Positions 42,518 through 51,402 are shown, counted from the first letter of the stretch. The stretch: DNA of 64,000 bases from Alphaproteobacteria bacterium (GCA_050246875.1 JBFWVF010000012.1:11375-75374); one strand, 5' to 3'. Notes: generated by a model not told the origin, from the letters alone. A program made the numbers and translations.

Positions 42518-42850
42518 CGGAGTTCCTCCCCTCCTTGTGCTGCCTGCATGCGCAGGTCGCCGGATCTTGTCCCGCCGGCGAAGAGCGCCCCCCCGGGCGC
42601 CGCGTTCGACGCGCGGCGGAAGTCTACGCGGGTTGCAACCTTCGCCACCACAACCTTCGGCCGGGAGCCCGCCGTTGCCCTAGATCGGCCGTGACGATGT
42701 CTCGGCCGGTGAAACATGGCCTCGCGCGGCACGGCAGTTGTGAAGCGGCGGCGCGGTCGGCAAAGCGGCTGCGCCGGTATATCCTGCCGGCAGCGACGGC
42801 CACCCGGCTGCCATTGCCGGCAGTCCGGGGCCCGACGAGTTGGAGGATGC

Positions 42851-44083
42851 ATGGTTCATTTGCGCGAGATGCCCGAGCATCTGCGCAACGCGCTGGTCAA
42901 CCAGGAGGTGCCGACGTTCGACACCACCCCCTGGGTCGATGCCAGACCGTTGCGCGAAAGCCGGGTCGCCCTCATCAGTACCGCCGGCCTCCACCGGCGC
43001 GAGGATGCCCCGTTCACGCCCGGTGCCGGCGACTATCGCCTGATCCCGGACGACTACGACATGAACGGGCTGGTGATGAGCCACCTGTCGATGAACTTCG
43101 ACCGCTCGGGCTTCTACCAGGACCTCAACACGGCGTTTCCGATCGACCGGCTGCGCGAGCTGCGCGACGCCGGGGAGATCGGCTCGGTCGCCGGCCGTCA
43201 CTACTCCTTCATGGGCGCGACACCGCCCAACGTGATGGAGAAGGTGGCCCGCGATCTCGCCGGACTGCTGAAGCAGGACAGGGTCGACGCCGTCGTTCTC
43301 TGCCCCGTCTGACCGCAGTGCACGCGCGCCGTGGGCGGGCTTGCACACTATCTCGAAGACGAAGGCATCGCGACGGTCGGCATCAGCCTGATCCGCAAGC
43401 ACACCGAGAAGATCCGTCCGCCGCGGGCGCTGGCCGTGCCGTTCGAGCTCGGCCGGCCGTTCGGCGCGCCGGACGAGCCGGATTTCCAGCGCCGCGTGCT
43501 GCGCGACCTGCTGGGCCTGCTCGACCGCAAGTCGGGCCCCGTGCTGGAGGACTTCCCCGACCCGCCGCCGGGCGAGCAGGAGGAAGGCTACGGCTATGCC
43601 TGCCCGGTGAACCTCGCGCCGCCGGTCGAGAACCTGTCGGACGAGGACCTCGTGCGCCGCGCGCTGGAGCAGGAAATCGCCCTGCTGCGGCCGTGGTACG
43701 AGGAGTTCAAGGGACGGCGCAACGGCCGCACGGCGTTCGGCATCTCCGGCTGGACGCCCGAGGCGATCGCCGCCTTCCTCGCCAAGCTGGTGGTCGAGGA
43801 GGACAAGGCGGCACCGCCGGTCGAGGGCCTGTCGCTCGCCGTCGGCTTCAAGCGCCTCGCCGACGACATCCGCTACTTCTACACCGAGGCGGCCATCGCG
43901 CGGCCCGGCACGAAGACCAGCGATGTCGAGCTCGGCAACTGGATGTATGGCGAGACCATGCTGGGGAAGGTGCTGATCGAGATCCGCAACTGGATGCTCG
44001 ACCGCGACGATCCCCAGATGAAGGTGCTCGCCACCACCACCATCGTCCCCGGCCACCAGCGCTTCCGCACGAAGCACGGCTAG
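42851..44083 (+). CDS. GrdB/PrdB-like selenoprotein 1 (Sec at UGA 43310-43312, codon 154; 410 aa)
   Basis: SD GGAGG then ATG 42851; RVALISTAG, D.N..FPIDRL, HYSFMG, DAVVLCPV-U-PQCTRAVGGLAHYLE.EGI.TV, PPRAL.VPF.LGRP; track ORFs 42716-43312 and 43331-44083 are in one frame; SECIS-like hairpin follows. Confidence 0.88.
43318..43346 (+). promoter_or_regulatory. Putative bacterial SECIS element 1
   Basis: GTGCA-C-GC-G-CGCC-GTG-GGCG-G-GC-T-TGCAC hairpin starting 5 nt after the UGA, with a G-containing apical loop ~19-21 nt from it. Confidence 0.75.
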
Positions 44084-44110
44084 GCCACGGGAGACGCGAA
44101 GCGTACCGCG

Positions 44111-44139
44111 CGGGGCCCGTCGCGAAACGACGGGCCCCG
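44111..44139. other. Strong intergenic stem-loop between the two selenoprotein genes
   Basis: CGGGGCCCGTCG-CGAAA-CGACGGGCCCCG perfect 12-bp inverted repeat, weak U-tract. Confidence 0.65.
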
Positions 44140-44220
44140 TTGCGTTTCCGGCGCAGCGCGCGCGGCGACCGGGATGCTACGCTGGGCGCGAAGAAGACGG
44201 CCGCCAGCCCGCGAGGTGCC

Positions 44221-45450
44221 ATGGTCCACGTCCGCGACTTTCCCGGCTACATCCGGGAACAGCTACTCAATCTCGACATGCCGGAGTTCGACCGCACGCC
44301 CTGGGCCGAGGGTCCGCCGCTCGCCGAGCGTCGCGTGGCGCTGGTCAGCACCGCCGGCCTGCATCTCCGCGACGATCGCCGCTTCGAGGGTTACGACCCC
44401 GGCTACCGCGTCATCCCGGACGACACGCCGGCGTCCGAACTGATGATCAGCCACGTGTCGACGAACTTCGACCGCACCGGCTTCTACCAGGACGTCAACG
44501 TGATGCTGCCGCTCGACCGTCTGCGCGAACTGCGCGACGCGGGCCTGTTCGCCAGTATCGCCAGCCGCCACTACTCCTTCGTCGGCGCGGTGCCCCCTAA
44601 CCTGATGGAGCCGGTGGCCCGCGACCTCGCCGGCATCCTGCGGCAGGACAGGGTCGACGCCGTCGTTCTCTGCCCGGTCTGACCGGCCTGCACGCGCGCC
44701 GTGGGCGGGCTTGCACACTACCTGGAAGACGAAGGCGTCCCGACGACCTCGCTGAGCCTGATCCGCTCGCACACCGAGAAGATCAGGCCGCCGCGCGCGC
44801 TGTTCGTGCCGTTCGAACTGGGCCGGCCGTTCGGCGGGCCCGACCAGCCCGACTTCCAGCGCCGCGTGCTGCGCGACTGCCTCGATCTGTTCAACCGCCC
44901 GGCCGGGCCCGTGCTGGAGGACTTTCCCGATCTGCCACCCGGCAGCGAGGCCGAGGGGCACGGCTGGGCCTGTCCGGTCAGCTTCGCCCCGCCGGCGGCG
45001 AACCTCAGCGACAGCGAGGCGATCGAGCAGGCGCTGCTCGGCGAGATCGCGTTGCTTCGGCCGTGGTACGAGGACTCGCGGCGGCGGCGCGGCCGCACCG
45101 CCTTCGGCCTCTCGAACAGCACGCCGGAGGACATCGCGCGCTTCCTCGCCGCCTTCGCCGTCCATCTCGACGCGACGCCGAACCCGGACCCGATGAAGCC
45201 GCTCGGCATCGCCTACAAGCTGCGCGCCGACGACCTGCGCCAGTACTACATCGAGGCGGCGATCGCGCGGCCCGACCACCGCGCCACCGACATCGAGATC
45301 CTCAACTGGATGTGGGCGGAGACGACGCTGGGCAAGCTGCTCGTCGCCGTGCGCGACTGGGCCTATGAGTGCGACGACCCGGTGCTGAGGAAACTCGCCC
45401 TGTCGGCGATGGTGCCGATGAGCCAGCGCCACCACACGAAACACGGCTGA
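44221..45450 (+). CDS. GrdB/PrdB-like selenoprotein 2 (Sec at UGA 44680-44682, codon 154; 409 aa)
   Basis: GAGG then ATG 44221; DAVVLCPV-U-PACTRAVGGLAHYLE; in frame with track ORF 44701-45450; collinear with copy 1 from MVH to TKHG. Confidence 0.88.
44689..44715 (+). promoter_or_regulatory. Putative bacterial SECIS element 2
   Basis: TGCACGCGCGCCGTGGGCGGGCTTGCA, identical to the core of SECIS 1 at the same distance from the UGA. Confidence 0.75.
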
Positions 45451-45459
45451 GGCGCGGTA

Positions 45460-47673
45460 TCAGGCCTTCACCGTGATGGCCGGCGCCGTGCCGGCGCGCG
45501 CCACGACGCGGCCGACGATGGCCGCGTGCGCGTCGCCCGCCGCATGCAGCGCCACGAGGCAGGCCCCGGCGTGATCGGCCGGCACGCCGGCGACGAGACC
45601 GCCGGAGGTCTGCGGATCGACCAGCAGCGCCGCGCCGGGTGCCGCGAGATCGCCGATTGCCTCATAGACGGCGGCGCGGTTGGCCGGCGCGAGCGTGCTC
45701 TCGATGCCCTCGCCGAGGAGGGCGCGCGCGCCGGGCAGGGCCGGCAGCGCGGCGAGGTCGAGTTCGGCGTCGACGCCCGAAGCCGCCAGCATTTCGCCGA
45801 GATGGCCGGCGAGGCCGAAGCCGGTCACATCCGTCGCCGCGCGCACGCCATGCGCCGCGAGGATGGCGGCAGCCGGGCCGACCGGGCGCAGCATCGAGGC
45901 CATCGCGGCCGCGACCCACGCCGCCTCGGCGCGCGCGCGCATGTCGGCGGCGAGCACGATGCCGGTGCCGAGCGGCTTGGTCAGGACCAGCGCGTCGCCC
46001 GGCACCAGCCCGCGCTTGCGCAGCAGCCGGTCGGGCACACCGTGGCCGGTGACGGCGAGGCCGAAGGCGAGTTCGGCGCCCTCGCCGGTGTGGCCGCCGA
46101 CGAGCACGGCGCCGGCCTCGGCCAGCGCCGCCGCCGCGCCGCCGAGCAGCGCTGCAAGGTCCTCCTCCTGCTTCGCCGCGGGACCGTCCGGTAGCACGAC
46201 GGTGGCGAGCGCGGTGCGCGGCTGTGCCCCCATCGCCCAGATGTCGGCGAGGCAGTGCAGCGCGGCAATGCGGCCGAACAGGTACGGGTCGTCGACGAAG
46301 GCACGGAACTGGTCGACCGTCTGCACCAGCACCTCGCCCACCGGCGGCGGTGCGATGATCGCCGCATCGTCCGGCGCGTCGAGGCCGGCGAGCACGTCGG
46401 CGCGCGCCTGCGCCGGCAGGCGGGCCAGCGCGCGGCGCAGCACGCTCGCCGGAATCTTGGCACCACAGCCGCCGCAGCGCATCTGCGCAAGTGCCGCCTC
46501 ACCGTCCGCGCCGCTGCCCGCGTCCATCGCCGGAAGCTGCCGGTAGCGGCGCATCCAGCGACGGTCGATCCAGTCCTTGAGACGCCACATGGCAGCGCCC
46601 GAGAAGGCGATGCCAGCGCGCGAAGCCACGGCGCTCTTTTCGCCGGTCGAGATCAGCGCCAGCGCATGGCGCTGCGGCGTCCACGGGCGCAGTGCCCGGC
46701 CGGTCGCGGCGCGGCGCAGATTGTCGGCCAGCACCGGCCCGGCGCGCACGGCGTAGACGCCGGACTTCGGCAGGGCGCGGCCCTCGACCGACGCCAGATC
46801 GCCGGCGGCGAACACGCCCGGATGCGAGACCGATTGCAGCGTCGTCGCCACACGCACGAAGCCCTTGCCGTCGACCGCCAGCCCGGATGCGGCGGGCCAC
46901 TCCGGCGCGCCGGCGCCGGTGACGAGGATGGCGCGGTCGAAGGCGATGCCGGCGGCACCGTCGCGCTCGATGCGGCCCGCCGCGACGGCGCGCACCGGAT
47001 GGCCGAGCGCCGTGGCGATATCGCGATCGGCCAGCGCCCGGGTCAGCGCCCGCCGGACAGCGGCGTTGTGTGTCGGCACGATCTCGGCCGAGGCATCGGC
47101 GAGCACGACAGACAGGCGCGCGCCGGCGATCTTGCCGAGCCGGTATTGCAGCGCCATCGCCAGCTCCGTGCCGCCAGCGCCGGCGCCGATGATGGCGAGG
47201 CGGAACGGCGCCGTGCCGCGGGCAAGATCGCGTTCCCAGTCCGCGACCGCCGCCAGCAGTCCGTCGATCGGCTTGACCGCCACGCAATGCTCGCGCGCGC
47301 CCGGGATCGCCGCGGCATCGGGAGTCGAGCCGGTGTCGAGGGAGACGAAATCAAAGGCCACGGGCGGGCGGCCGCCGTCGACCAGTACGCGCCGACCGGC
47401 GAGGTCGAGCCCCGTGGCCGATGCATGCACCAGCCGCGCCCCGGCGAAGCGGGCCAGGCGCACGAGGTCGATATGGCATTCGGCGCGCGTGTAGTGACCG
47501 GCGAAATGGCCGGGGATCATGCCCGAGTAGGGCGTCTCGACGTCGCGCGCGACCAGCGTCAGCCGCACCCCCGGCTCCGGCCGCATGCCGAAGCGGCGCA
47601 GCACCGCGACATGGGCATGGCCGCCGCCGACCAGCACGATGTCGGTGCGGATCGGCACGGTCGGACGGTTCAT
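45460..47673 (-). CDS. selD: Selenide, water dikinase fused to an N-terminal FAD/NADH oxidoreductase domain
   Basis: N-terminal VLVGGGHAH, YSGMIPG, IIGAGAGG; C-terminal MRCGGCGAK, DDAA, QTVD, GGHT, LTKPLGTG, DVTGFGLAGH, DPQTSGGL. Confidence 0.93.
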   Translation of the reverse strand: MNRPTVPIRTDIVLVGGGHAHVAVLRRFGMRPEPGVRLTLVARDVETPYSGMIPGHFAGHYTRAECHIDLVRLARFAGARLVHASATGLDLAGRRVLVDGGRPPVAFDFVSLDTGSTPDAAAIPGAREHCVAVKPIDGLLAAVADWERDLARGTAPFRLAIIGAGAGGTELAMALQYRLGKIAGARLSVVLADASAEIVPTHNAAVRRALTRALADRDIATALGHPVRAVAAGRIERDGAAGIAFDRAILVTGAGAPEWPAASGLAVDGKGFVRVATTLQSVSHPGVFAAGDLASVEGRALPKSGVYAVRAGPVLADNLRRAATGRALRPWTPQRHALALISTGEKSAVASRAGIAFSGAAMWRLKDWIDRRWMRRYRQLPAMDAGSGADGEAALAQMRCGGCGAKIPASVLRRALARLPAQARADVLAGLDAPDDAAIIAPPPVGEVLVQTVDQFRAFVDDPYLFGRIAALHCLADIWAMGAQPRTALATVVLPDGPAAKQEEDLAALLGGAAAALAEAGAVLVGGHTGEGAELAFGLAVTGHGVPDRLLRKRGLVPGDALVLTKPLGTGIVLAADMRARAEAAWVAAAMASMLRPVGPAAAILAAHGVRAATDVTGFGLAGHLGEMLAASGVDAELDLAALPALPGARALLGEGIESTLAPANRAAVYEAIGDLAAPGAALLVDPQTSGGLVAGVPADHAGACLVALHAAGDAHAAIVGRVVARAGTAPAITVKA

Positions 47674-47697
47674 GCGGGCGACAACTCCGGCGGGGAC

Positions 47698-47796
47698 TGG
47701 CGGAAAGGAGTGGGAGTCGAACCCACCGGGCACGTGTCCACACGCGCCCCACCGGATTTGAAGTCCGGGCGCCCCACCGGGGTGCGGTTCCCTTCC
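47698..47796 (-). tRNA. selC: tRNA-Sec (anticodon UCA)
   Basis: Reverse complement GGAAGGGA...CCGGA-CTTCAAA-TCCGG...long variable arm...GTGGG-TTCGACT-CCCAC-TCCTTTCC-G-CCA; 8-bp acceptor stem, encoded CCA. Confidence 0.96.
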
Positions 47797-47807
47797 AGCA
47801 CGGGCGG

Positions 47808-47837
47808 ACAATAGGGGGGCGGGGCGGGCGCGATCAA
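47808..47837 (-). promoter_or_regulatory. Putative sigma70 promoter for selC-selD
   Basis: TTGATC-18 nt-TATTGT then GC-rich discriminator, 11 nt upstream of the tRNA 5' end. Confidence 0.55.
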
Positions 47838-47894
47838 CCGGCGCGGCGGCACGGCCTTCGTGCCGCAGCCGTGCCGAAAGGTCGGTCCGCGCCG

Positions 47895-48092
47895 CTACCG
47901 GCGCCTGCCGACGGACGGAGTCTGCATCGGCGTGCCCGACCGCCACGCGGTGGTGCCCTTGCAACGGCCGCAGATGCGCTCGCCGGCCCACTGGCTGGCG
48001 AAAACGGTCTGGCACCGCAGGCAACGCCGCGACCTGGGGTCCAGGGGCGTGACCGGATCGTCGATGCCGTCAATGTGCGGAATGCTGCTCAT
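47895..48092 (-). CDS. Small CxxC..CxxC (zinc-finger-like) hypothetical protein
   Basis: RRCLRC..F.S.WAGERICGRCK; ATGA overlap with upstream gene. Confidence 0.7.
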   Translation of the reverse strand: MSSIPHIDGIDDPVTPLDPRSRRCLRCQTVFASQWAGERICGRCKGTTAWRSGTPMQTPSVGRRR

Positions 48093-48421
48093 GACGACGG
48101 TCCCGCCGGGCCATGCCGATTCGTACCGGCATCGCCCCTGCCACTTGCCAACGCGGGAAGCGGGACCTCGCGATCGCGCCGGAGCGCGGCTTCGAGAACG
48201 GTCGGGTCGATCGTCAGACTTCCGCCAAGGCCCGGCCGGCCGGACGCCACGCGCAGATGAAGCAGCGTCAGGACCCGCCGCCAGGCCGGAAAGGAGAGGC
48301 CGTCCAGCAGTTCCTCCTCGGTTTCCACCGTGTAGTCGCCTGCCGGCAGGGTCTCGTCGAACCCGTCCAGGGCGAAGGGCCGCCCGAAGGTCACGGTCCT
48401 TGTGCTTGTGCGCACCGTCAT
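48089..48421 (-). CDS. Hypothetical protein (110 aa)
   Basis: GGGAG SD, MTVRTSTRTVTFGRPFALDG...LPAGDYTVETEEELLDGLSFPAWRR; protein-like composition. Confidence 0.7.
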   Translation of the reverse strand: MTVRTSTRTVTFGRPFALDGFDETLPAGDYTVETEEELLDGLSFPAWRRVLTLLHLRVASGRPGLGGSLTIDPTVLEAALRRDREVPLPALASGRGDAGTNRHGPAGPSS

Positions 48422-48495
48422 CGATCGTCTCCCGGCTGTTGCTTGCAGGCCCCTCGACGCGCGCCGGAGGGGGCTTGCCCCCTCCGTGCCCGACG

Positions 48496-48642
48496 TCAGG
48501 ACTTGGCGGTCGGCGTCGCCTTGGCCGGGCCTTTCACGGGCGCGGTTACGGGCGGCGCAGCGGCGGGGACGGCCTTGTACTTGTCCACAGGCTTGATTTT
48601 GCCGGGGGCGTCTCGTTCCGTGTCGAATTTCTTGTAGGACAT
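48496..48642 (-). CDS. Small Lys/Ala/Pro-rich protein (48 aa)
   Basis: GGAG SD, MSYKKFDTERDAPGKIKPVDKYKAVPAAAPP...TAKS*, followed by hairpin 48465-48486; below the ORF-track cutoff. Confidence 0.55.
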   Translation of the reverse strand: MSYKKFDTERDAPGKIKPVDKYKAVPAAAPPVTAPVKGPAKATPTAKS

Positions 48643-48871
48643 GCGACGCTCCGTTCAATTATTGAAAAGTATATGGATAGATTAGTAAAATGGTGCGAAA
48701 TCAAAGTATTTTCAACCACCAAGACCAAATAAATATCTCGTTCAATTTTTCTGGATTCTCCTGACAATGAAGCGCCCGGACTGGCGCGGCCTGCTCGTGC
48801 CACGGTTGTGCCGCGCGCCCCTGTCATCCTCTAGACTGCCGGCCAACAAGAGCGCGGGGAGGCTGGGTGTC

Positions 48872-51196
48872 ATGGGTGAGTTTTCGGTCGGCCAGCCGGT
48901 GCCGCGGCGCGAGGACTCACGCCTGCTACGCGGCCAGGGTCGTTACCTCGACGACATGGACCTGCCGCGCCAGACCTGGATGGCGGTGGTGCGCTCGCCG
49001 CACGCGCACGCGGCGATCCGCGCGATCGATACGCACGCCGCGCAGGCGTCGCCCGGCGTGCTGGCGGTGCTGACCGGCGACGACTACACGGCGGACGGAC
49101 TCGGCTCGCTACCCTCGATGGCCGCCTACAAGCGCCGCGACGGACGGCCGATGTTCGTGCCGTTCCGCCCCGCCGTCGCCGTCGGACGCGCACGCGTCGT
49201 CGGCCAGCCGGTCGCCGTGGTGGTGGCGCGCACGCCGGAGCAGGCGCGCGACGCCGCCGAACTGGTCGACGTGGACTACGCCGGACTGCCGGCCGTCGTC
49301 TCCGCCTTCGACGCGGCGCAGCCCGGCGCGCCGGTGCTGCACGACGACTGCCCGGGCAACGAATCCTACTACTACGAGGCCGGCGACAAGGCCGCCGTCG
49401 ATCATGCGTTTGCCAGTGCCGCGCATGTCGTCGAGCAGCGTCTCGTCATCAACCGCATCACGGCGAACGCCATGGAGCCGCGCGGCGCCATCGGCGACTG
49501 GGACGAAGGGACCGGGCGCTACACGCTCTACACCGGCTTCCAGCGGCCGTGGCTGTTCCGCAACGCCATCGCCGAGACGACACTGAAGATTCCCGAGACG
49601 AAGCTGCGCCTCGTCACCGGCGATATCGGCGGCAGCTTCGGCCTGCGCGGCTCGGTCTATCCCGAGCTGATCCTCGTCCTGTGGGCAGCGCGGCGCGTCG
49701 GCCGTCCGGTCAAGTGGATTGCCACGCGCAGCGAGAGCCATATCAGCGACGACGATGCCCGCGACAACATCGTCGACGCGGCGCTGGCGCTCGACGCGGC
49801 CGGCAATTTCCTCGCCGTGCGCATCCGCAGCTGGGCCAATCTCGGCGCCTATGTGTCGTTCCGCGGCGCGCTGCCGCCGGTGGTCAACATCGGCTCGGTC
49901 GCCGGCACCTACACGACGAAGGCGATCCACGTCGCCATCTCCGGCATGCTGACCAACACCCACTGCACCTCGCCCTACCGCGGCGCCGGGCGGCCCGAGG
50001 CGGCCTACATGATCGAGCGGCTGGTCGACCTCGCGGCGCGCCGGCTCGGCCGCGACCCGGCCGACCTGCGGCGGCAGAACACCGTTCCCGCCAGCGCCAT
50101 GCCTTACAGGACGCCGCTGACCTACACCTGGGACAGCGGCCACTTCGACGCCAACCTCGAAAAGGCGCTGGCGCTGGCCGACTGGGCCGGCTTCCCTGCC
50201 CGCCGAGCCGAGGCGGCAGGGCGCGGCGTGCTGCGCGGCATCGGCGTGACCAACACCATCGAGCAGGCAGCGGACGCCACCATCGAGACGGCCGAGCTGC
50301 GCTTCGATGCCGGCGGCGACGCGACGCTGGTCACCGGCTCGGTGCATCACGGCCAGGGCCACTACACGGTGCACAGCCAGATTCTCCACGACCGGCTCGG
50401 CATCGATCCGGCACGGCTGGCCTTCATCCAGGGCGACACCGACAAGGTCGCCTTCGGCATGGGCACCGGCGGTTCTCGCTCCTCCGCGATGAGCGGCGGC
50501 GCGCTGGTGATGGTCGCCGGCAAGGTGATAGAGAAGGGACGGCGCATCGCCGCGCACCTGCTGGAGGCGGCGGAGGCCGACATCGCCTTCGAGGGCGGCC
50601 GCTTCATGGTCGCCGGCACGGACCGCGGCGTCGACGTGCACGAGGTGGCGCGCGCCGCCTTCAACCCGGCGAAGCTGCCCAAGGGCATGGAGCCGGGCCT
50701 CTACGAGACGGCGACGTACAAGGCCGAGGCCGGCAACTTCCCCAATGGCTGCCATGTCTGCGAGATCGAGGTCGATCCCGACACCGGCGTCGCGCGGCTC
50801 GCCAGCTACGTCGTCGTCGACGATGTCGGCACGGTGCTCAACCCGCTGCTGTTGGAGGGCCAGATCCACGGCGCGCTGGCGCAGGGCATCGGCCAGGTGC
50901 TGATGGAGGACAAGACCTACGATGCCGCGACGGGCCAGGTGCTGGCCGGCTCGTTCATGGACTACGCCATGCCGCGCGCCGCAGACCTGTGCGACGTGAC
51001 GGTGGTCTCGAACCCGGCGCCGACGCCGACCAACCCGCTCGGCGTCAAGGGCGCCGGCGAGGCAGGCACGGTCGGCGCCCTCCCCGCCGTGACGCTGGCC
51101 ATCCTCGACGCGCTGGCGCCGCTCGGCGTGACGCATATCGACACGCCGGCGACCTCGGAGCGCATCTGGCAGGCGATGCGGCAGGCGCGGAAGTGA
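48872..51196 (+). CDS. Xanthine dehydrogenase family large subunit (CoxL form II-like)
   Basis: RREDSRLLRG.G.Y.DD, DIGGSFG, PYRGAGRPEA, GQGH, NPLGVKGAGEAG. Confidence 0.92.
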   Translation: MGEFSVGQPVPRREDSRLLRGQGRYLDDMDLPRQTWMAVVRSPHAHAAIRAIDTHAAQASPGVLAVLTGDDYTADGLGSLPSMAAYKRRDGRPMFVPFRPAVAVGRARVVGQPVAVVVARTPEQARDAAELVDVDYAGLPAVVSAFDAAQPGAPVLHDDCPGNESYYYEAGDKAAVDHAFASAAHVVEQRLVINRITANAMEPRGAIGDWDEGTGRYTLYTGFQRPWLFRNAIAETTLKIPETKLRLVTGDIGGSFGLRGSVYPELILVLWAARRVGRPVKWIATRSESHISDDDARDNIVDAALALDAAGNFLAVRIRSWANLGAYVSFRGALPPVVNIGSVAGTYTTKAIHVAISGMLTNTHCTSPYRGAGRPEAAYMIERLVDLAARRLGRDPADLRRQNTVPASAMPYRTPLTYTWDSGHFDANLEKALALADWAGFPARRAEAAGRGVLRGIGVTNTIEQAADATIETAELRFDAGGDATLVTGSVHHGQGHYTVHSQILHDRLGIDPARLAFIQGDTDKVAFGMGTGGSRSSAMSGGALVMVAGKVIEKGRRIAAHLLEAAEADIAFEGGRFMVAGTDRGVDVHEVARAAFNPAKLPKGMEPGLYETATYKAEAGNFPNGCHVCEIEVDPDTGVARLASYVVVDDVGTVLNPLLLEGQIHGALAQGIGQVLMEDKTYDAATGQVLAGSFMDYAMPRAADLCDVTVVSNPAPTPTNPLGVKGAGEAGTVGALPAVTLAILDALAPLGVTHIDTPATSERIWQAMRQARK

Positions 51197-51373
51197 CTGT
51201 ACCGCCTCATTGGAAAAGAGCGGCGCTGCCCCGGCATCGCTACAAAGAGGGATTCAGAATTGCGGAAGAGACATCAAGTGGCCAGTGGCGTGTCGAATGC
51301 TATTATTGGGGATATATCTTCTGGTTCCAGAAAGAATCCGACGCTATAGCGTTTCTGTTACGGGATTATCCCC

Positions 51374-51402
51374 TTGAAGCACGTACGATGGTTCCCTATA
51401 TT
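51374..51402 (+). promoter_or_regulatory. Transposase promoter overlapping IRL
   Basis: TTGAAG-17 nt-TATATT, 23 nt upstream of the transposase ATG. Confidence 0.6.

Noticed and set aside
43331-44083. ORFs 43331-44083 and 44701-45450 as independent genes, or the loci as nonsense pseudogenes
   Set aside because: Their GTG starts lie in the SECIS loop with no SD. The same TGA at the same codon in both paralogues, in a UxxC motif next to sel genes, argues for Sec recoding.
46460-46490. Sec-containing SelD
   Set aside because: The motif reads CGGCGAK with Cys codons; there is no in-frame TGA.
45460-48024. 854-aa extended selD ORF from the track
   Set aside because: The N-terminal extension runs through tRNA-Sec; the real start is ATG 47673 with a GGAG SD.
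48872-51196. Bona fide CO dehydrogenase or Se-dependent molybdenum hydroxylase
   Set aside because: It lacks AYxCSFR and coxM/coxS, and no yqeB/yqeC-like genes were recognised in the window; proximity to sel genes alone is insufficient.
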